In this document: one piece after another, positions 54,393-64,000 of the stretch
Numbering within the stretch: position 1 is the stretch's first letter
Layout of the letters: every line of letters starts with the position of its first letter
Assembly (NCBI GenBank): GCA_963662615.2
Contig: CAXXSR010000001.1
Span: 960,001 to 1,024,000 of the forward strand
From: Dehalococcoidia bacterium
Lineage (GTDB): Bacteria; Chloroflexota; Dehalococcoidia; Bin125
Length of the DNA stretch: 64,000 nucleotides
Reading direction: 5' to 3'
The notes under the pieces: model-generated
Databases searched by the model: none
What the model was told of the DNA's origin: nothing
The model's input: the letters and a program-made list of their open reading frames with translations, nothing else
Program-made: the position numbers and the translations under genes

Positions 54393-54634
54393 CCCCGCCT
54401 CGGTGGCCTCCGCACCTCTCTCGAAACAGGGCTCCGCGCCCCTGAGCGCCCGTTTCGAGAGGCGGGCCGCTGCTGAGGCATCGCATCACGCCGAAAGCGA
54501 ACCGCTGGAGCGTCGCGGCGCGGCGGCGAGCCGTCGACCGAGGCACGCCTGGAGGTCCCTGGCCCGTGGCGATCGCAGTGGCTAGAGTGCAGCGACAGGC
54601 CACTCCGCTGGGGCCGCGCGAACGGGCGACTGCA

Positions 54635-55357
54635 ATGACCGCTCCACGGGGGACGTCCGCTGGTCGCCAGCCTGCGCCAGATCCGTTGGAGCTGGTGCCG
54701 CTGTTCCGGGGCATGTCGCCCGCCCTCCTGGGCGAGCTGGCGCGGAAGCTGCGCCCGCTCCGCTTCACCGCCGGCACGGCCATCTTCCACGCCGACGACG
54801 TCGGCTCCACCCTCTACATCATTGTCCGGGGCGCGGTGAAGATCTTCATTCCTACCGCGGACGGGCGTGAGGTCGTTCTGGCCGTGCAGCGCGCCGGTGA
54901 CCTCTTTGGCGAGATGTCGCTGCTGGATGATCAGCTCCGTTCCGCCTCCGCCAGCACCCTGGACGACACGGAGATCGTCAGCCTCTCCCGCCAAGACTTT
55001 CAAGATGTCCTGGAGCACCATCCCGACGCCTGCCGCGCCATCCTGGACGTTCTGGTCAAGCGGCTCCGCCAGACCAACCAATCGATCCAGGACGCCTACC
55101 TCCTCGACGTCCCGGGCCGGCTCGCGCGGCGCCTCCTCCTCCTCTCCCGCGAGCATGGCGTCCCCGTCGAACAGGGCACCGAGATCGCGCTGCGGGTCAG
55201 CCAGCAAGATCTCGCCAGCATGATCGGCGCCAGCCGGGTCGCCGTGAACAAGCAGCTCCAGGCCTGGCGGCAGGACGGAGTCGTTGAGGTGCGGCGACAG
55301 CGCGTCACCATCCTCAAGCCGGAGGCGCTGGAGCAACACTTCGCGCTCGCCCCGTAG
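54635..55357 (+). CDS. Crp/Fnr family transcriptional regulator
   Basis: FGEMSLLD...RSASA cNMP-binding motif; SQQDLASMIGASRVAVNK HTH. Confidence 0.93.
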   Translation: MTAPRGTSAGRQPAPDPLELVPLFRGMSPALLGELARKLRPLRFTAGTAIFHADDVGSTLYIIVRGAVKIFIPTADGREVVLAVQRAGDLFGEMSLLDDQLRSASASTLDDTEIVSLSRQDFQDVLEHHPDACRAILDVLVKRLRQTNQSIQDAYLLDVPGRLARRLLLLSREHGVPVEQGTEIALRVSQQDLASMIGASRVAVNKQLQAWRQDGVVEVRRQRVTILKPEALEQHFALAP

Positions 55358-55394
55358 GGCGCGCCGCCGGCGGGCTGCGGAGAGGGTAAGGCTC

Positions 55395-56342
55395 ATGGGT
55401 CTGCTCGATGGCAAGGCGGGCATCATCACCGGCGCGGGGCGCGGCGTCGCCGGCGCGGCCGCCTCGCTGCTCGCGGCGGAAGGGGCGCGCCTGGTGGTCG
55501 CCGACTACGGCGTCGCCCTGGACGGCACCACCCCCGACCCCAGCGTGGCGGAGGAGAAGGTCGCGGCGATCCAAGCCGCGGGCGGCGAGGCCACCGCTCT
55601 CGCATCCGACGTCACCAATCCCGACGACTGTGACCTGATCGTTCAGACCTGCATCGACAACTACGGCAAGATCGACTTCGCCATCGCGGCGGCGGGCATT
55701 CTCCGCGACCGCATGGTGTTCAACATGTCCGACGACGAGTATGCCGCCGTTCTCGACGTGCACCTCAAGGGCACGTTCTATGTAGGACGCGCCGCCGCGC
55801 GGGCCATGCGGCAGCAACGCTTCGGCGCCATCGTCACGGTGACCTCAGCGTCGCAAGAGGGGCTCATTGGCCAGTCGAACTACTCCGCCGCCAAGGGTGG
55901 CATCGCCTCTATGACCTACGTCTGGGCCTGGGAGCTGCGACGCTACGGCATCAACGCCAACAGCGTCCTCCCCGCCGCCCGCACGCGCATGGTCACCTCC
56001 ATTCCCGGGCAGGAGCAGGCCCCAGAGGAGATCGAACCGGGCAGCTCTATGGGCACGGCGGAGCAGGTCGCGCCGATCTTCGCCTACCTCTGCAGCGACG
56101 AGGCCAAGTGGATGACGGGGCAGGTCATTGGCCTGGGTGGCGAGCGGCTCGCCCTCTGGCAGCATCCGCGTGAGCGCATCATCGTCACGCAGCGCGGCGG
56201 CTTCTCCCTGGACGACGTCCGTCGCACGATCCCCTCTGTATTCCAGGGGCAGCTTGAGCCCTACGGCCTGCGGCAGAACCAGTACGAGGAAGTGGACTAC
56301 ACCACCACGCAGGAGGCTGGCGCGCAGGAGAAGAAGAGCTAG
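55395..56342 (+). CDS. SDR family oxidoreductase
   Basis: TGAGRGVA, AGILRDR, NYSAAKGG motifs. Confidence 0.93.
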   Translation: MGLLDGKAGIITGAGRGVAGAAASLLAAEGARLVVADYGVALDGTTPDPSVAEEKVAAIQAAGGEATALASDVTNPDDCDLIVQTCIDNYGKIDFAIAAAGILRDRMVFNMSDDEYAAVLDVHLKGTFYVGRAAARAMRQQRFGAIVTVTSASQEGLIGQSNYSAAKGGIASMTYVWAWELRRYGINANSVLPAARTRMVTSIPGQEQAPEEIEPGSSMGTAEQVAPIFAYLCSDEAKWMTGQVIGLGGERLALWQHPRERIIVTQRGGFSLDDVRRTIPSVFQGQLEPYGLRQNQYEEVDYTTTQEAGAQEKKS

Positions 56343-56404
56343 GCGACAGCCGGGGCCAGCTTCGATTCGCTACGGGCCTGCCGCGCCGCCGACGATGATC
56401 AGAC

Positions 56405-56650
56405 ATGCACGTCGCGCCGCCGCCCCTGCTCCTGGCTCCGCCGCCTGTGGCTCTGACCCCGTTGGCGCTGCTGCCCTCCGCCGTCGGAACGGGCTCCAGC
56501 GGCATCGATCCCCGCGCGCCGGGCGCCCTTGCGTCGCTACCCCTGCAGCTCGTCTCCCTACGAGTCGCGGTCTACACGGCACAGGCGCAAACACAGGTGA
56601 TCCGGGCGCAGGACGCCATGCTGGGCACGCTCGTGGACCTGCGCGCGTAA
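56405..56650 (+). CDS. small protein with flagellar rod/hook C-terminal-like motif
   Basis: C-terminal ...AQTQVIRAQDAMLGTLVDLRA pattern. Confidence 0.55.
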   Translation: MHVAPPPLLLAPPPVALTPLALLPSAVGTGSSGIDPRAPGALASLPLQLVSLRVAVYTAQAQTQVIRAQDAMLGTLVDLRA

Positions 56651-56691
56651 GCGCCTCCAGCCGAAGCCGCGTTCCACCGGGACGGGACATC

Positions 56692-58548
56692 CTACCGTCG
56701 CAGGTTGAACCATGCGCCCATGCGGCTCCGCCACGCACGCAGGATCTCGCCCGACCCGCTGGCGGCGAAGCCCAGCACCATCCCCACGCCCAGCACTCCA
56801 GTAAGGACGATCGGGCGCACGCTTCCGCGCCAGAGCTGCCGGATCGGTCGCCCACCACCGGCTTCACGCCCACCACCGGCTTCACGCCCACCACCGGCTT
56901 CACGCCCACCACCGGCTTCACGCCCGGCGCCGGCAGCGCGCCCTGCGTTGGCGGCGGCCTCCCTTGGCCGGGGTGTGGGGAGGGCGGATCCCCCCTGGTC
57001 GGCGCGAGACCCGGTTACTGTCTCGGCGCCGCTCGCGGTGGCCGCCGGCGCCAACGGGGCCACGCTTTGCTCCGCCGCTGCCGGAGCGGGGCGAGGTTCG
57101 TCGCCGACGCCGCGCGTCCGTCGTGCCGCCTCCTCTTCGCTGAGCTTCCCTTCCGCCACCAGCTGCGCCGCTCGCACGGGGGACAGCTCCGCCCGGCTCA
57201 ACGGCTCCACACGCAGGGATCGCAGCCGCTTGCTGAAGAGGAAAAAGCCTAGCACCGTGGCGATCAGCAGCAGCGAGGATCCGGCCACCGCCGTCCGCGC
57301 GCCCACCACGTCGGCGGCCAGACTCACGGGCAGGACGCCCAAGGCCATCAGCCCGAAGGACATGACAACCACGGACATCACACGTCCGCGCATCTCCGCG
57401 GGCAAGCCGGCCTGGATGACGCTGTTGTTCGTGGTCTGAACGATCATGCCACCCACGTTGCCCAGCGCCAGGAAGACGATCGCCGGCGCGAAGTACGGCA
57501 TCTGTGTGAAAGCGACGAAGAGGCCGCCCATCCACAGCCCGCCCAGCAGCATCAGGCGGCCCTTGTGCGCTTGCCTATCGAACCGCGCCGCGATCAGGGC
57601 GCCCATGACCCCGCCCAAGCCCGTGCTGGCGGAGAGGATGCCCAGCCCGCCCGATCCCTTCTCGAACACATCCTCGGCGAAGACCGGCAGCATCTGCTGC
57701 AGCGGGAACGCGAACAGCGGGAAGATGAGCCCCAGCGCCAATAGGATCTTCAGCATCCCGTGCTGGCGGATGTAGCTGACGCCCTCCATGAACTCTTGCA
57801 GGAACGCCCCGCGCTGCTGCTGGGAGACCATGCCATGCTCGGGCAGGCGCAGTTCCGATCCCGCCGCGAGGAGGAACAGCAGGAAGGTGACCACGTAGAC
57901 CCAGCCCACGCCCATGGGCCCGATCAGCAGCCCCGCCGCGGCCGGCGCCACCACGCGCGTCATGTTCATCCCGCCCATCTGCAGCGTGACCGCGTTCATG
58001 AGCTTGTGCTGCGGCACCAGCTGCGGCACCAGCGCCTGTCGGGCCGGCATATTGAAGGCGAAGGCCGTCCCCGTGACCGCGGATCCCACGAGCAGGTGCC
58101 AGAACGCAATCAGGTTCGTGAGGATGAGGACGGCCAGGACCAAGCTCATGGCCGCCGCCGCGGACTGCGTCACGATGAGCAGTCTGCGCTTGTCGACTCG
58201 GTCCGCCACGACGCCGCCGATGGGGGCGAAGAGGAGCATGGGGATCGCGATGCTGACCGCAATGTAGCCCAGCGCCGCCGCCGTCCCCGTCATTTGGAAC
58301 GCCAGGAACCCGCGCAGCAGATGCTGCATCTGCATGGCCATGAAGAAGGCCAAGTTGCCCGCGAAGAACCAGGCGTAGTCGGGCTCACTGAGCGAGGTGA
58401 AGGTGGGGCCCCACGAGCGCGGCCCGGCGACGCCGCGAAGGCGACCGGCTGCCGCCGGAACCCTCTGCGCGCCGCCGGCGCTCTGGCGCCGTTCTCGACC
58501 TGGCATGCAACAGTCCCTGGCCCTTCCCGGCCGTTTCCCTCGCGACAT
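56692..58548 (-). CDS. MFS transporter (MFS_3-like) with long C-terminal extension
   Basis: GGVVADRVDKRRLL, PARQALVP, MRGRVMS motifs; about 12 TMs. Start uncertain. Confidence 0.9.
   Translation of the reverse strand: MSRGKRPGRARDCCMPGRERRQSAGGAQRVPAAAGRLRGVAGPRSWGPTFTSLSEPDYAWFFAGNLAFFMAMQMQHLLRGFLAFQMTGTAAALGYIAVSIAIPMLLFAPIGGVVADRVDKRRLLIVTQSAAAAMSLVLAVLILTNLIAFWHLLVGSAVTGTAFAFNMPARQALVPQLVPQHKLMNAVTLQMGGMNMTRVVAPAAAGLLIGPMGVGWVYVVTFLLFLLAAGSELRLPEHGMVSQQQRGAFLQEFMEGVSYIRQHGMLKILLALGLIFPLFAFPLQQMLPVFAEDVFEKGSGGLGILSASTGLGGVMGALIAARFDRQAHKGRLMLLGGLWMGGLFVAFTQMPYFAPAIVFLALGNVGGMIVQTTNNSVIQAGLPAEMRGRVMSVVVMSFGLMALGVLPVSLAADVVGARTAVAGSSLLLIATVLGFFLFSKRLRSLRVEPLSRAELSPVRAAQLVAEGKLSEEEAARRTRGVGDEPRPAPAAAEQSVAPLAPAATASGAETVTGSRADQGGSALPTPRPREAAANAGRAAGAGREAGGGREAGGGREAGGGREAGGGRPIRQLWRGSVRPIVLTGVLGVGMVLGFAASGSGEILRAWRSRMGAWFNLRR
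56850..56925. repeat. 18-bp coding tandem repeat x4 (GREAGG)
   Basis: GCCCACCACCGGCTTCAC repeated four times within the MFS C-terminal tail. Confidence 0.9.
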
Positions 58549-58773
58549 TCCCCGAAATGACGTGGGCCATCTCCATCATGGGTCCTGGCCGAACCTTGCA
58601 CTATCAAGCGCGGTCGCCGACGCGCGCCATCGCTGCGGGCGGCGGCGCGAACCCGATGACGATCTGAGGGTGAGTGGGGCCGGGCCGACGGGAAACGATG
58701 GGTACAACAAAGCGCCCGCCGGCACGTGCGTGCGTCGGCGGGCGCCTCGGTTGCTCGCGACAGGTGGCGGCGT

Positions 58774-59955
58774 TTAGCCGGGCCACTCTCCCAACTGCAG
58801 CTCAATCTCGATGGTCTGACCGTCCCGGCCGATCCCGAAGGTCACGATCTCGCCCACGCTCATCTCATCGATGGAGAGGGCCAACTGCTCGAAGTCCTCC
58901 AGCGGCACACCGTCCAGCGTCAGGAGGCGGTCGTCGGATTGCAGGCTCGCTGCGGCCGCGGGGCTCTCGGGGACCACGACGCCGATCAGCAGCCCCGCTT
59001 CGTCGTCGCTGAGGCCCTGGATCCCCATCCACGGGTGCAGGACCTCTTCGCCGGCGATCATCTGCAGCAGGAACCGCTCCACGGTGTTGGAGGCAATGGC
59101 AAAGCCCACGCCCACGCTGCCGCGCACCGGGCTCTCCACGCTGGCGGTCACGCCAATGAGCTCACCAGATGCGTTGATCAGCACGCCCCCCGAGTTCCCG
59201 GGGTTGATCGCCGCGTCCGTCTGGATCAGGCCGCGCTGTGGCCGGCCGCCCATCTGCAAGCCGGCTCGCGTTCGTTCGATCGCCGAGACCACGCCCGTCG
59301 TCAGGCTGGTCTGCAACCCGAACGGGTTGCCGATGGCGGCGACCGGCTCTCCCACTTGCACCGCATCGGAGTCCGCCAGCGGCACAGGAATTATGTCGAG
59401 TCCGCTCGGGTCCACCTTCAGCACCGCCAGGTCGTTGGCACGGTCGAAGCCCAGCACCTCCGCCGGCACGACGGTGCCGTCGGCGAGGATGACGTCGGCA
59501 TCAGTCGCCCCCGCGACGACGTGATAGTTCGTGACGATGTGGCCGTCCCTGTCGATGAAGAAGCCACTGCCGCCGCCAACGCCAACCTGGATGGCCACGA
59601 CCGAGGGACTGACATCCTCGAAGAGTTGCACCGGATCGAACGCCGCCACGGCAGCGGCCAGCTGCGCCTGCGCGGGCGCATCCTCAGGCGCATTCTCGGG
59701 AACTGCGACGGCGGGCCCCTCCGGCTCGACGACCGTCGCCCCCGCCACCTCCGCCTCCACGGCGGCGACGGGCTCGGTGCTGGTCTCCTCCGCCGCGACC
59801 GACGTCAACTGCTCGGTCGTTGCCGCCGGCGCCTCAATGATCGTAGTGCCGCCGTCGTCGTCGACGGCCACCACGATCACCGCCGTGATTACGGCCGCCA
59901 GGGCGCCTGTAACTGCGGGGAAGACCAGGGACTTCAAATTCAGCCTTGGCCGCAT
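58774..59955 (-). CDS. HtrA/DegP-like S1C serine protease with PDZ domain
   Basis: TNYHVV, DLAV, IQTDAAINPGNSGG catalytic triad; N-terminal TM; C-terminal PDZ. Confidence 0.95.
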   Translation of the reverse strand: MRPRLNLKSLVFPAVTGALAAVITAVIVVAVDDDGGTTIIEAPAATTEQLTSVAAEETSTEPVAAVEAEVAGATVVEPEGPAVAVPENAPEDAPAQAQLAAAVAAFDPVQLFEDVSPSVVAIQVGVGGGSGFFIDRDGHIVTNYHVVAGATDADVILADGTVVPAEVLGFDRANDLAVLKVDPSGLDIIPVPLADSDAVQVGEPVAAIGNPFGLQTSLTTGVVSAIERTRAGLQMGGRPQRGLIQTDAAINPGNSGGVLINASGELIGVTASVESPVRGSVGVGFAIASNTVERFLLQMIAGEEVLHPWMGIQGLSDDEAGLLIGVVVPESPAAAASLQSDDRLLTLDGVPLEDFEQLALSIDEMSVGEIVTFGIGRDGQTIEIELQLGEWPG

Positions 59956-60051
59956 GGGACCCCCTCCCTTTCACTTGTGGCTGGCTCTCCTACATACGGT
60001 AACGGCAGCGCCCGTCGCCAGGATGCGTTGCCGAGTGCGCAATGGCCACTT

Positions 60052-60089
60052 CTGCCAGAACCCTTACCAGTTTCTGACGTGCCTTTTAC
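60052..60089 (-). promoter_or_regulatory. putative OmpR-family response-regulator site upstream of the HtrA gene
   Basis: Minus strand GTAAA/GTCAG/GTAAG/GGCAG half-sites at an exact 11-bp period. Confidence 0.45.
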
Positions 60090-60092
60090 AAA

Positions 60093-60143
60093 CCACCATG
60101 TCTTACGAGCCACCGTGACTTAGGAGCCACCGTGTCTTAGGAG
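60093..60143. repeat. 17-bp tandem repeat x3 (CCACCGTGTCTTAGGAG)
   Basis: Units at 60093, 60110 and 60127. Confidence 0.8.
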
Positions 60144-60190
60144 CGACAGCGTTCCCGGCCTCATGGTGGCGACACCCTGATGGCGGCGAG

Positions 60191-61273
60191 CTAAGAGGAT
60201 GACGGGGAGGCGGCGATGACGGCGTGGCGCTCGCCGGCGTGGTGGCGCGACGCCAGGAAGGCGTACATCGCCACGCCGGCCGCCATGGCGACGTTGAGAC
60301 TGTCAATGCGGCCATAGACCGGGATCTCCACCTGCCGCTCCGCCGCCTCAAGAAAGGCCGGGGGCAGGCCGTCCCCCTCGTTGCCCACGACGATCAATGG
60401 TCGCTCCGGCCACTCCACCGTGAACAGCGATTCGGCCTCCGGCCCCTGCTGCAACGCCACGATCTCGTACCCTTCGCGCCGGGCGCGCTGGATGCAGGCA
60501 AGCGGCGTGGGGATGACCTCCACGGGCAGCCACCAGTCGCTGCCCTTCGTCGCGGGCCGGTAGTAGAAATCCCGCCCCACGATCCAGACCGCCTCCGCTC
60601 CCGCCGCCTCCGCGCTGCGGATCAGCACCCCCAGATTGACGCCGTAGGAAAAATTGAACGCGGCGACGGCGAAGGAGCGCGGGCGCGGCATCGCGCTGTC
60701 CGCGGGCGGCCGCAGTCCGAACGGCCGCAGCGCCGACTCCGAGAGCGATTTCGGATCCGCCGCTCCGCTCTTGCCGCGCGCGGCCATCACCTCCAAAGCG
60801 CGACCGGCCCGGCGCCGGACGGCCGGCTCGCCGTCGGCCGCCAGACGCTGGAGCAGCGGCGTCGCAGGCTCGCCCACCGCGGCCAGCGCCACGCACGCCG
60901 CCCGTTTCCCCTTCTCCGACGCCCCCGGCAGCCACGCGCCCATCTGCTCCACCAGCTCGCCGGCGTCCAGGCGCGGCAGCAGCGTCATGGCCCGACGGCG
61001 CAGCCGCCGGTTCTCCGACGTCAGCGCCGGCAGCAGCGCCGCGATCGCCTGGGCGGCCGGCGCCGACTGGAGAGCGATCCGCGCCTCGCCCCGGAGGAAC
61101 GGATGCGCCGCATGAAGCGCCGTCTCCACACAGCGCTCCACCCAGCCCTCCCCGCCGCTTGCGGGCAGCGCTCGGATCGCGAGTCCGTCACGGTAGGCCG
61201 CGTCGTCGCGCGCGCTCAGGGGTGGGACTGTGTCGAGCCCCTCGCGATCGGTCATCCCCATCCCGTTTCCCAT
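60191..61273 (-). CDS. HEAT-repeat + SpoU/TrmH RNA methyltransferase fusion
   Basis: NLGVLIRSAEAAG, VGNEGDGL, EIPVYGRIDSLNVAMAAG; HEAT-like helices N-terminally. Start uncertain. Confidence 0.8.
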   Translation of the reverse strand: MGNGMGMTDREGLDTVPPLSARDDAAYRDGLAIRALPASGGEGWVERCVETALHAAHPFLRGEARIALQSAPAAQAIAALLPALTSENRRLRRRAMTLLPRLDAGELVEQMGAWLPGASEKGKRAACVALAAVGEPATPLLQRLAADGEPAVRRRAGRALEVMAARGKSGAADPKSLSESALRPFGLRPPADSAMPRPRSFAVAAFNFSYGVNLGVLIRSAEAAGAEAVWIVGRDFYYRPATKGSDWWLPVEVIPTPLACIQRARREGYEIVALQQGPEAESLFTVEWPERPLIVVGNEGDGLPPAFLEAAERQVEIPVYGRIDSLNVAMAAGVAMYAFLASRHHAGERHAVIAASPSSS

Positions 61274-61410
61274 CGCCTGCTCCGCCGCCGCGACTGTACT
61301 CCTTCGCGTTCTGGACCTGCATCCGCGCCGGCATCGACCCCGGCCCCTTTTCGCCGCAGCTTGGTGGCGCACGGTTGGTGGCACGCAGCGCCGCTCGGTA
61401 CCATGCCGCC

Positions 61411-61824
61411 ATGCCGGTCCGCCGCGAGACCCGCGTCGCCAGCGATCCTGCCACCGTCTACGAGGTCGCGCGCGGGCGCCTGTTCCGGCACGTGGAGAGC
61501 AGTGCCTTCGAGATCACCGAGGATGATCCGGGCCGCGCCCTGGGGATCGGCTGGCGGGGCGCCCTGGGATCGTCGCGCTACCGATTCCAGATTGGGGCTG
61601 CTGGCATTGGGGACAGGGGCATTGGGGCCGGGGGCACTGGGGCCAGGGGCACAGAGACGCGCGTCGCCGCCACCCTCTGGCTTGGCGGGCTCGCCGGCCC
61701 CTTCCATGCCCTCTTCCACCGGCGGCGCCACTCGAGGCACCTCGATCGCTGGCTCCGCGACATCAAGCAGGCCGCCGAGGAGGCGACGGCGAAGCGGCCG
61801 ACGTCGCCTCCGAATCCGCCTTAG
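61411..61824 (+). CDS. SRPBCC-like hypothetical protein
   Basis: RVASDPATVYEV...L..IKQAAE; internal 15-bp GIGAxG repeat. Confidence 0.55.
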   Translation: MPVRRETRVASDPATVYEVARGRLFRHVESSAFEITEDDPGRALGIGWRGALGSSRYRFQIGAAGIGDRGIGAGGTGARGTETRVAATLWLGGLAGPFHALFHRRRHSRHLDRWLRDIKQAAEEATAKRPTSPPNPP

Positions 61825-61964
61825 GCGGCGCAGCCGGGCGGAGGCGGGCGGAGGCGAGGCGTCGGCATCGATCACGCAGTGGATAGAGCGCGCGTTGGAT
61901 ATACTTCGCGCGGCCTCGGCGCCCGGCGGGAGAATGCATTGAGCGAGGTTGGGGGAGTAGACGC

Positions 61965-62795
61965 ATGGCAGCAATGGAACTGACAGGATTTACCGGCAAG
62001 GTGGCGGTGATCACCGGCGCCGGGCGCATGCGCAGCATCGGCCGCCCCATCGCCGTGGAACTGGCCAAGGCCGGCTGCGACATTGTCCTCACCGGCACCG
62101 GCCGCGACCCGGACAACTACCCCGACGACGAGAAGGCCGCCGGCTGGCACGACACTGAGTCCGTGGCCGAAGAGGTCCGGGCCGCCGGTCGCTGCGCCCT
62201 GGCGCTGGTCAGCGACGTCTCTGAACCCGCCGCCGTCGAAGCCCTCCTGCAACGTGTCATCGCTGACTTCGGCCGCGTCGATTTCGTCGTCAACAACGCC
62301 GGCTTCGCCCGCGGGCCCGACCGCATGCCCGTCGTGGAGCTGCCGGTGGAGCTATGGCGGAAGGTGATCGACATCAATCTCACCGGCACCTTCCTCATGT
62401 CCCACACGTTCGGCGGCCGTCTCATTGAGCAGGGGGAGGGCGGCGCCATCATCAACATCTCCTCCATCGCCGGAAAGCTTATGCCGCCCAACGCCGCCGC
62501 CTACGCCTCCAGCAAGGCGGGCCTGCAGGCCCTGACCGCGTGCATGGCGCGGGAGGTTGGCCGCTACCAGGTCCGCGTCAACGCGATCTGTCCCGGCATC
62601 ATTGACACCTTCCGCATGGACGACCTTGGCCGCGGCGATGCCTGGGACAAGATGGTGGAGGAGCGCGTCCCCCTGGGCCGCGCCGGCCTGGGCATCGATG
62701 TCGCCAACATGACGGTCTTCCTCTGCAGCGAGCAGGGCGTCTGGGTCACCGGCCAGGCAATCAACGTCGACGGCGGCACCGCCGTACAGCGCTGA
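61965..62795 (+). CDS. SDR family oxidoreductase
   Basis: TGAGR...IG, NNAG, NISS, YASSK, VNAICPG, GQAINVDGG motifs. Confidence 0.95.
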   Translation: MAAMELTGFTGKVAVITGAGRMRSIGRPIAVELAKAGCDIVLTGTGRDPDNYPDDEKAAGWHDTESVAEEVRAAGRCALALVSDVSEPAAVEALLQRVIADFGRVDFVVNNAGFARGPDRMPVVELPVELWRKVIDINLTGTFLMSHTFGGRLIEQGEGGAIINISSIAGKLMPPNAAAYASSKAGLQALTACMAREVGRYQVRVNAICPGIIDTFRMDDLGRGDAWDKMVEERVPLGRAGLGIDVANMTVFLCSEQGVWVTGQAINVDGGTAVQR

Positions 62796-62815
62796 CGGCC
62801 GCCCGGGAACGGCGT

Positions 62816-63436
62816 TCAGTCCGGCCCGCCACCCGGTGGTCGGAACGGCGCGTAGTCGATGGTGCGCATGCGGCTGGCGGAATCCGGCACGTCATGGGCA
62901 AGTTTGCGCCCGTACTCCTCCGCCCAGGCCTGCGGCATGAGCTGCTGTACCTCCTGCCAGCGGACCGGCTCGCCCGGCCGCAGGCGCTCGGCTTCCTCCA
63001 CCACCGCCAGAATCACCGTCATGTCGCCGCCGTCCATGGCGTTGACCACCCGGCAGACGAGGCTGCCCAAGGCGTCGTCCAGCATGGGCAGGCCCGCTCG
63101 CCCGGCGTGCCAGCGCACGCCCTCAAGTCCGCCATCGTCGAACTTGTCTTCTTCCGCCTGCGAGCGAAAGCCGAAGTGCCGCACCCAGCGCCACTGATCG
63201 CGCGGGATCAGATGTACGGCGCAGCGGCCGCTGTCGCGGATTAAGGCGTGCGTGTAGTTGCGCTTTTGGATCTCAAGCAGGAGACGGGGCTGCTCCGGCA
63301 CGATCGACGCGGCGAAGGCGCTCACCGCGATCATGCCGCCCCGCTCCCCCGCCGCCGCCGCCGCCGTCACGACCACCAGCGGCGACCACAGCAGCGTCAG
63401 CAGCGACGCCGCTCCCTCAACGGACATGGCCACCAT
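62816..63436 (-). CDS. flavin reductase-like family protein
   Basis: VVVT...GGM...S..P...I.K.N.TH..I..SG, FGFRS, DKF, G.P.L.D motifs. Confidence 0.85.
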   Translation of the reverse strand: MVAMSVEGAASLLTLLWSPLVVVTAAAAAGERGGMIAVSAFAASIVPEQPRLLLEIQKRNYTHALIRDSGRCAVHLIPRDQWRWVRHFGFRSQAEEDKFDDGGLEGVRWHAGRAGLPMLDDALGSLVCRVVNAMDGGDMTVILAVVEEAERLRPGEPVRWQEVQQLMPQAWAEEYGRKLAHDVPDSASRMRTIDYAPFRPPGGGPD

Positions 63437-63460
63437 CCTTGGCGCTCCGGCCCGCCTCCC

Positions 63461-64000
63461 TCACCGCTCTACCGTGCGCCGTCCGGCCGACGAGGAGGGC
63501 GGCGAACCGTCGGCCTCCTCCGGAGGAACGCCCACCGTCGGCGGACTGACGCGGCGCTTCCGCAGCGCGAAGTAGCTGAGCGGGAGGATGAGGAACGCCG
63601 CCACCACCGCCAGCGCGATCCCGGCCACCAGCTTGTTGTCGGTCACGTTCTCTCCCACCACGGAGGCGGCGATGAGAATGGGCACGCTCGCGACAGCCGA
63701 GATGATCAGGTAAGGCGGGAAGCGCATGCGCGTCAGCCCGGCCGCGTACGACACGTAGTCCGCGCCAAAGATCGGAAAGAGCCGCAGGTAGATCAGGACG
63801 CGCAGCCCGAGCTGATCGGCCAGCCGGTCCACCTGCCGCACCGTCCGCTCCGCCATCAACCGTTCCAGGATGGGCCGGCCCCAGCGGCGGGCGATGTAGA
63901 AGGTGACGGAGGCCCCGATCGCGCCCGCGATCATTGTGTAAAAGAACGCGGCCACGCCACCGAACGCCGCCGCGGCGGCGAACGGCGCCGGCGTCGTGGG
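63461..64000 (-). CDS. TVP38/TMEM64 (DedA/VTT) membrane protein, 5' end outside the window
   Basis: F.IARRWGR, LRLFP, DYVSYAAGLT.M.F..Y motifs. Confidence 0.9.
   Translation of the reverse strand, partial: PTTPAPFAAAAAFGGVAAFFYTMIAGAIGASVTFYIARRWGRPILERLMAERTVRQVDRLADQLGLRVLIYLRLFPIFGADYVSYAAGLTRMRFPPYLIISAVASVPILIAASVVGENVTDNKLVAGIALAVVAAFLILPLSYFALRKRRVSPPTVGVPPEEADGSPPSSSAGRRTVER

Overview
A very GC-rich bacterial chromosome segment. The gene content (orphan Tat/lipoprotein ABC solute-binding proteins, family III CoA-transferases, SCP2-type thiolase plus DUF35, DUF3090, GAAC-N4-GTTC SOS boxes) suggests Chloroflexota, probably Dehalococcoidia-like; this is an inference. It holds about 65 genes, mostly for metabolism and the envelope (malic enzyme, fhs, acs, htpX, HtrA, acyl-CoA enzymes, SDRs, MFS transporters). 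I found no rRNA, tRNA, CRISPR array, integrase or transposase. Main highlights: (1) a candidate sphingolipid operon (AUR1/IPC-synthase-like PAP2, serine palmitoyltransferase, NAD-dependent reductase, HAD phosphatase, SRPBCC); (2) two selenoproteins truncated in the ORF track (sulfurtransferase and arsenite methyltransferase), each with UGA at the catalytic Cys position and a SECIS-like hairpin; (3) a LexA-boxed promoter driving a 68-aa single-TM protein whose RBS is sequestered in a hairpin (TisB/SidA-like logic); (4) an unassigned ~237-nt structured intergenic RNA; (5) two paralogous small CxHHW zinc-ribbon genes with structured leaders; (6) a lower-GC NB-ARC/TPR gene inserted with a 90-bp duplication of a CoA-transferase 3' end; (7) several intact ORFs with missing catalytic residues (DAHP synthase, FolC, DpsL, SDR, cytochrome c'-like); (8) recurrent tandem duplications anchored on stop or start codons. 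All family calls come from motif recognition by eye; no database searches were run.
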